Assembly: GCA_004195035.1 (NCBI GenBank)
Contig: SGBD01000001.1
Location: forward strand, 384,368-416,367
Length of the DNA stretch: 32,000 nt
DNA from: Candidatus Acidulodesulfobacterium ferriphilum
GTDB lineage: Bacteria; SZUA-79; Acidulodesulfobacterales; Acidulodesulfobacteraceae
Direction: 5' to 3'
Notes under the pieces: generated by a model
What the model was told of the DNA's origin: nothing
Seen by the model: the letters and a program-made list of their open reading frames with translations, nothing else
Database searches by the model: none
Program-made: the position numbers and the translations under genes
Shown: positions 18,456 through 25,192 of the stretch, one piece after another
How the letters are laid out: every line of letters starts with the position of its first letter
How positions within the stretch are numbered: position 1 is the first letter of the stretch

Positions 18456-19499
18456 CTAATGCACTTCCAGAATATTTCCTTTGTATCCAAATTTTTCAAG
18501 CAGCATTCTACTATTGTTAATACAACCGGCGGTACTAAAATGCGTTTCAATAAATAATCCGTTAGATAATTTTTTTGGCGCTCTAAAATTATCCTTATAC
18601 CTATGTTTAGGTTCTGTATTAATCAGATTTCTTTTGCGGCCCGTTGGTATCGGACACTCCTTCCTAGTCAATTTACCTTTCTTAATAAGCCATTCCGCAG
18701 TATTAGTCAATATTTCCAGAGATTTTCTTACCTCAAAATAATTACCATTAATTTTAATGCTCTTTGGATTTATGTTTTCTTCAACCTGAGTATTGGTATG
18801 TTCTGGCTCAATTTCCTCGGCGGATAAAATTCCTTCTTTAATCCTCTCTCTTAAAAAATCTTCAATCATCATAGTTTCGAATTTAAAATCCGGATACCCT
18901 TCAATTATTATTTTACTAAAAACAGGGGTTAATCCTTTTATTATTTCTTCCGGTTCCTCAATCAACGATTTCCAGACCTCATCAAGTATCTTAAGTTTAT
19001 TTATAAGATTTTCGATATTTTCAATGCTCTCTTTGCTGATAGTATTTAGTTTTCTTATAACGGCAGTTAATCCATCGCTTTCCATATCCGTTTTCCATAC
19101 TATTCGCTCTGATACGGTTGTTCCTTCTTCAAATGATCTAAATAGTATCCAAATTACCCCGTTGGTTAAAACGCTATATTTCATCCCTTCAGAAAAACAG
19201 TATCTCGCTAATTGTTTTAGCGGTGATATATCAGATTTTTCTTCAATATCTGTAGATAAATTCTTGGCTTCAATAAAAATCACTTTTTTATCGTTTTTAA
19301 TAAGAACATAATCGGGTATGCCTTTGCCTTCATCAATTGAAATATTTGGTTGAACATCTTCGGGATTTTCAGTATCCCAACCTAAACTTCTTAAGAGCGG
19401 ATTTATTACTTGTTCTCTCACAGCCATTTCGTTTTGTTCATAAAGAGAACGGTGTTTCTTAATTTTTTCGAGTATATTTTCTACGGTTCCTTTAAGCAT
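18456..19499 (-). CDS. HsdR_N-type PD-(D/E)xK nuclease-domain protein with uncharacterised C-terminal half
   Basis: 347-aa ORF with a strong SD (AGGAGGTAAACTCA-ATG). The N-terminus reads ..VINPLLRSLGW...IPDYVL....VIFIEAKN...QLARY...VLTNGVIWILF, the pattern of the type I restriction R-subunit N-terminal nuclease fold. I cannot assign residues ~130-347. Confidence 0.6.
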   Translation of the reverse strand: MLKGTVENILEKIKKHRSLYEQNEMAVREQVINPLLRSLGWDTENPEDVQPNISIDEGKGIPDYVLIKNDKKVIFIEAKNLSTDIEEKSDISPLKQLARYCFSEGMKYSVLTNGVIWILFRSFEEGTTVSERIVWKTDMESDGLTAVIRKLNTISKESIENIENLINKLKILDEVWKSLIEEPEEIIKGLTPVFSKIIIEGYPDFKFETMMIEDFLRERIKEGILSAEEIEPEHTNTQVEENINPKSIKINGNYFEVRKSLEILTNTAEWLIKKGKLTRKECPIPTGRKRNLINTEPKHRYKDNFRAPKKLSNGLFIETHFSTAGCINNSRMLLEKFGYKGNILEVH

Positions 19500-19696
19500 T
19501 GAGTTTACCTCCTAATTATTTATTTTTACACAAAAAATTATGACAAGTTCTCATCTATCCGAGCATTTTTAATTTTATTAGACCTTGCCTACATCCAAGT
19601 GACGATCAGTATTTGAAGTAAAAGTTGGATAAAATTTCCCCGATATATTTAAATACAGACATTTTTATTTCCAAAGTTTTTTATAATTTAAACGCT

Positions 19697-20650
19697 TCAA
19701 AAAAGCAAATGTTCATCACAGTCTGAAGAATATGCACATAAATCGGATAGACACCATGGTTTTGTCATGTTTCTCCATAATTTTTTGCTATTATTAAAAA
19801 TCTTTAAGAGTGAGCCCTTTCCATTCCATTCTGAAAGGCTATATCTTGCAATATCGCAAGGGAACACTTCTTTATTGGGGGATAAAACTAACGTAGTGAA
19901 ACCGGCAAGGCAATCAATATGTGAATCTCTTGCTTGAAAATTTGTAATTGTTGGGTTTTTATCATTAAAATTTGAAACAGCTATAGATTTAGATATTGCA
20001 ATATCTTTTATTTGCGGAATGATTTCAGCGGAAAATATATCTCTTTCGATAGCACTCAGTTCTATTTCTGGATGACCCATAACATTCATTAAATGAAATC
20101 GGCTGGTAAATTTACTAAAAAAATCTATAGCCTCAGAAATGTCTAAAAAATTATATTTATTTATAACTATTCCTATAGAAGGGGATAATTCTTTATTGCC
20201 AGCTTCTTCAACTAAATTCATAAAACCTCTATAAGTTTCATTATATAATTGTCTGGTTTTATTATGGATATCCGGCGTATGACCGTCAAAACTGATTTGA
20301 ATAAAAGGTATTATTTCAAGTTCAAATAACGATTTTGCAATTTCTTTGCCGATAAATGTGCCATTTGAAACTATTGATATTCCAAGTTTAGCTGATTTGA
20401 TTATTTCAATAAATTTCAATATATCTTTATGAATAAACGGTTCTCCGCCGCTTAAATTTATATCAAATATTCCAATCTCGTTGGCTTCCTCGACAATTAA
20501 CGAGAAATCTTCAAGGCTAATATCGCAATTTTCTCTTTTATTATAGCCAAATCTATCATAACAGTACTTACAATTTAAATTGCACCTATCGGTTATTTCA
20601 ATAACCAAAAGCAACGGAGATCGCAAATCTAAATTATTTTGTTTGTTCAT
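19697..20650 (-). CDS. Radical SAM enzyme with Cys-rich SPASM/twitch-like C-terminus (predicted peptide/protein-modifying)
   Basis: It contains CNLNCKYCY (CxxxCxxC) 22 aa after Met39 of the tracked ORF, SGGEP (SAM-binding GGE motif), and a C-terminal C-x17-C ... C-x4-C-x5-C cluster. I prefer the ATG at 20650 over the ORF-track start at 20764, which has no SD and overlaps the upstream ORF by 131 nt. Confidence 0.8.
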   Translation of the reverse strand: MNKQNNLDLRSPLLLVIEITDRCNLNCKYCYDRFGYNKRENCDISLEDFSLIVEEANEIGIFDINLSGGEPFIHKDILKFIEIIKSAKLGISIVSNGTFIGKEIAKSLFELEIIPFIQISFDGHTPDIHNKTRQLYNETYRGFMNLVEEAGNKELSPSIGIVINKYNFLDISEAIDFFSKFTSRFHLMNVMGHPEIELSAIERDIFSAEIIPQIKDIAISKSIAVSNFNDKNPTITNFQARDSHIDCLAGFTTLVLSPNKEVFPCDIARYSLSEWNGKGSLLKIFNNSKKLWRNMTKPWCLSDLCAYSSDCDEHLLF

Positions 20651-20873
20651 GACTGATAAACTCGTTAAAAGCTTCTTCGTCCATTTTCCATATAATCCCT
20701 TCCTTATCCTGAACAGTATAATTATTTTCTCCCTCTTTTCTCCATCTATATTGACTTGAAACATAAGGGGATATTCTGCTGCCCCATTGATAATTCCAGT
20801 GCCCGCTCCATTTTTGTATTGAAGATTTTGGCTCCATGGTGTAAATGGAATCTAAAAAAACTTCTTTTTTCAT
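20634..20873 (-). CDS. Small Trp/Tyr-rich, Cys-free protein (79 aa); candidate radical-SAM substrate/precursor or partner
   Basis: An SD (GGGAGA) lies 6 nt before the ATG. An 80-codon open frame in very AT-rich DNA is unlikely by chance. Its stop overlaps the radical-SAM ATG by 17 nt. It has 5 Trp and 5 Tyr, including W22-x3-W26-x3-W30. Confidence 0.55.
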   Translation of the reverse strand: MKKEVFLDSIYTMEPKSSIQKWSGHWNYQWGSRISPYVSSQYRWRKEGENNYTVQDKEGIIWKMDEEAFNEFISHEQTK

Positions 20874-21072
20874 ATTGAATCTCCCATATTAAACTGAATT
20901 AAAATTTTACACAGCATAAAAAGCTCGCACCATCAAGGCTTTATATAATAATATATAATCTAATTATAAAATATTCAAGTTAAGTTAAATTTTATTTAAT
21001 TTGGCAATATATAAATTCATAATACTTGTGAGTTTAAATTTAATACGGTATATAAAAATTTAAATATATTGC

Positions 21073-23367
21073 TCAATATTTCTTTTCAAGGAGAGATGGT
21101 TCACCAAGAATTACCTTATTAACATTTTCCTCATTTGATTTAATTTCATATTTTGCAATTATAGCATCTATTATTAAACCCAATCCCAATCCTATAATTA
21201 TTCCAAAAAATGATTTAAATTCAGGGATTAAATTAAGCAAATCAATAAAAATACCAATTATCAAAAAAGCAATTCCAAGCAACATCATTAAAGATTCAAT
21301 AAAAGATATATTTGATATTATATTTTCTATAATTACATTTGAATATAAAATTGGATGACGAAGATTACACAAATGTGCGCGTATTATTTTACAATAGGAA
21401 AGATAATTATAAGCCTTAATTCTATAGTTAAAAGCCTCGGCTGTAATGTTTTTATCCATATTTTTTTTAGGTCTTGCATTTACAACTTTTGTGAAATCAT
21501 TGATAGACTCTTTATATAGCTCCAACTCATAATTTGCCAATCCCCTAAGCCTGTAAGCTTCAGTATTTTTATCATTTATTCTAATAGCTTCGGTAAAAAA
21601 ATTGATAGCTTCAGGGTAGCTTTCCAAATTAAGGTAGGCTCTCCCTTTGTCAATATAAATCTCGTCATAATAATCGTATTTTTGATAATCATCCTGATTT
21701 ATTTCTATTTTTATGGCTTCTTCCCAATCATTCTTAGCTTTTTGGATGTTATCGTAGTTAGCCAATGCTCTGTAATTATAGGCCTTTATAGATTTTGGAT
21801 CTATTTTAATTGTGTTTGTAAAATCTTCGATAGCCTCTTTGTATTTTCTTAAAAAAAGGTAAGATCTTCCTCTAAGGAAGTAAGCATTATCACATTCTTG
21901 AAATAATTTTATAGCTTTTGTGCAATCCTTAATGGTTGCACTATAATCATTTAAATTAAAATGATTTATTCCTCTGTCGGCATAAGCATAGCTTAATTCT
22001 TTTGCATCTTTTTCTTTTGTTATTACTATTTTGAGATCTTTAATAGCTTTTTGATATTTACCCATTCTAAAATAAACAGAGGCTCTAAATGAGTAAAACT
22101 CATTATTATTTGAATTTGTTTTTATTGCTTTTGTGTGGTCATGTACGGCTTTTCGATATTTGCGTAAATTATAATAGGTCGTTCCTCTATTTTTATAGTA
22201 CTCAGCATTCTTAGAATTAATTCTTATTGCTTCAGAAAAATCACTTATAGCCTCTTTGTTTTTTTCGCCTGAATCAAGATATGATAACCCCCTATTATTA
22301 AAGAATTCAGCATTTTTATTGTCTAGTTCTATAGCCTTTGTAAAATCGGAGATAGCCTTGTTATAATTGTCGGGATTATCGGGACCTAAAGAAGCAAAAG
22401 CTGCGCCACGATAATTATAAGCATCTGCAAACTCTTTTTTAATCTCTATAGCCTCTGTAAAATCGTCAATGGCTTTATTAATAATATTTCCATATTCTTC
22501 ATTATTTTTTAAATTGCGCAAATAAAAATAAGCTAATCCCCTGTTATTGTAAGCTTCTGCATTTTTGTCATCTAATTTTATAGCCTCTGTAAAATCGTCA
22601 ATAGCATTATTTATAGTATCTTCATATTTTCTATCATTACCTTTTTGTTGTTCGCTATAATCAAAATATGTTAGTCCCCTGTTATTGTAGGTTTTGGAAT
22701 TTCTATCATTTAATTTTATAGCTTCTGTGAAATCGTCGAAAGCCTTCTGAAATTTTTTTAAATCTCGAAAAGTTGAACCTCTATTATTATACGCATCAGT
22801 ATATTCTTTATTTATTTCTATGGCTTTTGTAAAGTCGTCAATGGCTTTATCATATTCTTTTAAAGAGCCATAGGACATTCCTCTAAAATTATAAACCTCT
22901 GCGTCATCATGTTTTGATTCTAAATCTAATTTTATAACTTCTGTGAAATCGCTAATGGCCTCCTCATATTTTTTTAGTTCGTAATAAATTCGTCCTCTTC
23001 GCATATAAGCACATCTTGGATAATTAGGAAACTCTCCTGTATTAGTCAATTTTAGTTCAATTATATAATCTTTAATGGTTTTAATATATTTTTCTTTTAA
23101 GAAAGGATAATAACGGCTTTTTATTTGAAAATTAATATTAATATAATCAGGGTTAAGTTCTGTAGCTTTTATGTAATCATTGATAGCTTTATGGTAATGC
23201 CCTAAAGCAGCAAAAGTCATACCTCTAAAATTGTATGCTTCCGCATTTTTATCGTTTATTCTTAAAACTTTCGAAAAACTTTCTTTAGCTTTTTTATAAA
23301 ATCTTAAATAAAAAAGAATAATGCCAATATAATAATTTGTTTTTATTATTAATTGCGATTTGTTCAT
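21073..23367 (-). CDS. Large TPR-repeat protein with two C-terminal transmembrane helices
   Basis: 764-aa ORF with more than 12 recognisable TPR units (recurrent A..D(F/Y)..AI...P/D.NAEAY.NRG). The C-terminus carries SLMMLLGIAFLIIGIFIDLL and FFGIIIGLGLGLIIDAIIA hydrophobic helices. Confidence 0.85.
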   Translation of the reverse strand: MNKSQLIIKTNYYIGIILFYLRFYKKAKESFSKVLRINDKNAEAYNFRGMTFAALGHYHKAINDYIKATELNPDYININFQIKSRYYPFLKEKYIKTIKDYIIELKLTNTGEFPNYPRCAYMRRGRIYYELKKYEEAISDFTEVIKLDLESKHDDAEVYNFRGMSYGSLKEYDKAIDDFTKAIEINKEYTDAYNNRGSTFRDLKKFQKAFDDFTEAIKLNDRNSKTYNNRGLTYFDYSEQQKGNDRKYEDTINNAIDDFTEAIKLDDKNAEAYNNRGLAYFYLRNLKNNEEYGNIINKAIDDFTEAIEIKKEFADAYNYRGAAFASLGPDNPDNYNKAISDFTKAIELDNKNAEFFNNRGLSYLDSGEKNKEAISDFSEAIRINSKNAEYYKNRGTTYYNLRKYRKAVHDHTKAIKTNSNNNEFYSFRASVYFRMGKYQKAIKDLKIVITKEKDAKELSYAYADRGINHFNLNDYSATIKDCTKAIKLFQECDNAYFLRGRSYLFLRKYKEAIEDFTNTIKIDPKSIKAYNYRALANYDNIQKAKNDWEEAIKIEINQDDYQKYDYYDEIYIDKGRAYLNLESYPEAINFFTEAIRINDKNTEAYRLRGLANYELELYKESINDFTKVVNARPKKNMDKNITAEAFNYRIKAYNYLSYCKIIRAHLCNLRHPILYSNVIIENIISNISFIESLMMLLGIAFLIIGIFIDLLNLIPEFKSFFGIIIGLGLGLIIDAIIAKYEIKSNEENVNKVILGEPSLLEKKY
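22447..22602. repeat. Intragenic direct repeat inside the TPR gene (24-bp exact copies 132 bp apart)
   Basis: TATAGCCTCTGTAAAATCGTCAAT occurs at 22447-22470 and 22579-22602, a 44-codon period that encodes AIDDFTEAI. Diverged copies occur near 22718 and 22822. Confidence 0.8.
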
Positions 23368-23439
23368 ATCCTAAAATCCAATAAATACATATTATTTAAA
23401 TTCCATACTGGCATATTTTTTGTTTTGTATAACAAAAAT

Positions 23440-24234
23440 CTATATAATCACGTTAGCTTTTCCATAAAGCAAAGGAAGCGCGTTCTGCCTCATCCTAAAT
23501 TTCGTTCCATGATTGTGTCCGGTGCGGGCATCGAAATCTACCAATATTTTTCCGTCTTCGATTGCTTTTAAAAAGCCCGCGAAATTAAACTTCTGCAACA
23601 TCATAACTTTTGAATATTTATAAAACTCTTTAGCTTTCTCCTTTTTAACTTCCGCCTGAACATAAAAACAATTTAAAAGTTTTGTTCCCGCTTTATGTTC
23701 TAAATCATCAAAACCCCAATATGGTTGCGGATCTAATTCCCCAAGCCCTATATTCTCCTTAACCGTCTTAAGCCAATCGGCATGCCTTATATCAACGGCT
23801 TTGGCATCGAAGGAAATTAAAACCTTTCTTTCCTTCCTGTCTATAACGACCATGAAGCCCCTATCGCTCCTTGATAATCCATGGATAGTCTGCCTGAAAC
23901 TCATTTCGTTTTCAGGATAATGTTTGCCTGCCTCTTTATGCGGCCAGCCGTATCTTTGCAAAAAGACTTGCGGTACGAAACGAATAGCTCTTGGGGAAGG
24001 CTCCGTATGGAATAAGGTGGTAAGAGACGTGGAGTTAATGCGTTGCGATTTAAGTTCCCACTCGGCTGCATTTGGAATCGGTAAATTATTCTCTTTAATA
24101 CCAAGCAAGTCTTCCAAGGTATTCCCGATTCCGCCGTGGTTTCCTTTGCGGGCGTTTGGAATCCAGCCTATTGCATAAATTTCTTTTAATTTATCTATTA
24201 AAGTTTGTTTTGTATATATTACAGGTTTTTTCAT
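23440..24234 (-). CDS. Type II restriction endonuclease, MvaI/BcnI (MutH-like) family
   Basis: 264-aa ORF whose ATG overlaps the methylase stop (ATGA). The layout ...GN.LE.LLG..ENN...P(N)AAEWELKS...LTTLFH... and C-terminal ..ILVDFDART..HNHGTKFR.. matches my recollection of BcnI/MvaI. The family assignment is from memory and not from a search. Confidence 0.6.
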   Translation of the reverse strand: MKKPVIYTKQTLIDKLKEIYAIGWIPNARKGNHGGIGNTLEDLLGIKENNLPIPNAAEWELKSQRINSTSLTTLFHTEPSPRAIRFVPQVFLQRYGWPHKEAGKHYPENEMSFRQTIHGLSRSDRGFMVVIDRKERKVLISFDAKAVDIRHADWLKTVKENIGLGELDPQPYWGFDDLEHKAGTKLLNCFYVQAEVKKEKAKEFYKYSKVMMLQKFNFAGFLKAIEDGKILVDFDARTGHNHGTKFRMRQNALPLLYGKANVII

Positions 24235-25007
24235 ACCATAGAAAAGAGCTTGCCTTGGGATAAATGTTTTTTAATCCGTTCTTCCGCCATGCCGCAATAT
24301 TCAGGGGATATTTCAATTCCTATATAATCCCTGTTAAAATTAATCGCTGAAATAGCGGTCGTTCCGGAACCCATAAACGGGTCTAAAACAATTTTGGCAT
24401 CGGTCGAGGATATAATCCTGTCAATAAGACTGATGGGAAATGCGGCGGGGTGGTCGTTTTTCATCTCTTGCGTAAATTCCCACACATCGCCGTATCTATT
24501 GGCTTTTTCTATAAGTTTGAATTTTGGTTTTGCAATAAGGTAGATAACTTCGTAGGTAGGTAAAAAATAGCCGGGGTTAAAATTCAGCCCCCCTTTTCTT
24601 TTCCATATAATAATTTGTCTTACGGGAAAACCCGAAACTATGTCCTGCCTATCCTGCAGGATTCCGGCTTGAACGCGCCATTTATGGTTGTAGAAAATAG
24701 CCCCCGAATCTGGAATTATCCTGAACATTTCTTTAAGGCAATCCCTTTGCCATTTTACATATTTATCATGAGGCATACAATCATTGTGGTGGGAATAGCC
24801 TTTCTGAAGGGCGGCATTTGCCCATTTCCCGCCGCGGCCGTCTTTCATGCCGTTTCCGGTAGAATTTTTTAAATTATACGGCGGCGAGGTAATAACTAAA
24901 TCAACGGAACCGCCGGGGATTTGCTTCATAATATTTACGGCATCTCCGCAAACTATTTGATTTGTAAAGTCTTCAGGAAAACGAAGTTCAGCAGAACTTA
25001 ATTTCAT
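24231..25007 (-). CDS. DNA methyltransferase, N4-cytosine/N6-adenine family (beta-class; SPPY motif suggests m4C)
   Basis: 258-aa ORF with motif IV VITSPPYN near the N-terminus and motif I VLDPFMGSGTT near the C-terminus (PF01555-like order). Confidence 0.85.
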   Translation of the reverse strand: MKLSSAELRFPEDFTNQIVCGDAVNIMKQIPGGSVDLVITSPPYNLKNSTGNGMKDGRGGKWANAALQKGYSHHNDCMPHDKYVKWQRDCLKEMFRIIPDSGAIFYNHKWRVQAGILQDRQDIVSGFPVRQIIIWKRKGGLNFNPGYFLPTYEVIYLIAKPKFKLIEKANRYGDVWEFTQEMKNDHPAAFPISLIDRIISSTDAKIVLDPFMGSGTTAISAINFNRDYIGIEISPEYCGMAEERIKKHLSQGKLFSMV

Positions 25008-25082
25008 AACTTTAATAGTTTTATCGCCTATTTATTGTTTTTATATTATTATAAGCATCGCCGGTTTTTATTTTATAAATTT

Positions 25083-25112
25083 ATCATAATACTTCTTATA
25101 ATGACCGGTCAA
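25083..25112 (-). promoter_or_regulatory. Candidate promoter for the methylase-endonuclease operon
   Basis: The minus strand reads TTGACC (25112-25107), an 18-nt spacer, then TATGAT (25088-25083), about 75 nt upstream of the methylase ATG. Confidence 0.25.
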
Positions 25113-25192
25113 GAAAATTCATCACCTTGCATTTATTTTATAAACCTTAGCGCTTTTTTATTTTACCCTATATTTTTTAGTTTTCTAATACT

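Noticed and set aside
19697-20650. The radical-SAM enzyme considered as a prokaryotic viperin (nucleotide-modifying defence enzyme).
   Set aside because: It has a C-terminal multi-Cys auxiliary-cluster-like region and a coupled small ORF. Both point to peptide or protein modification. I see none of the viperin C-terminal features I remember. This cannot be fully excluded without a search.
20651-20764. The 38-codon N-terminal extension of the radical-SAM ORF as given in the ORF track (start at 20764).
   Set aside because: There is no SD before that ATG. The extension (MFQVNIDGEKREKIIILFRIRKG...) overlaps the better-supported 79-aa ORF in another frame. Met39 leaves a normal ~22-aa lead-in to the CxxxCxxC motif.
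21073-23367. Regularly spaced short repeats that could superficially resemble a CRISPR-like array.
   Set aside because: The periodicity is the 34-44-codon TPR unit inside one long open reading frame. The repeats are imperfect apart from one 24-mer, and there are no spacer-like unique segments or cas genes.
23417-23438. An A/T hairpin (TTTTTGTT-ttgtat-AACAAAAA) after the endonuclease stop, considered as a terminator.
   Set aside because: The stem has a single G-C pair and no convincing downstream U-tract on the minus strand. It is too weak to call.
18358-25192. Island boundaries marked by direct repeats, att sites, a tRNA or an integrase.
   Set aside because: I compared the two AT-rich junction spacers (18358-18455 and 25008-25192) by eye and found no shared repeat longer than trivial A/T runs. 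There is no tRNA-like sequence and no recombinase ORF.
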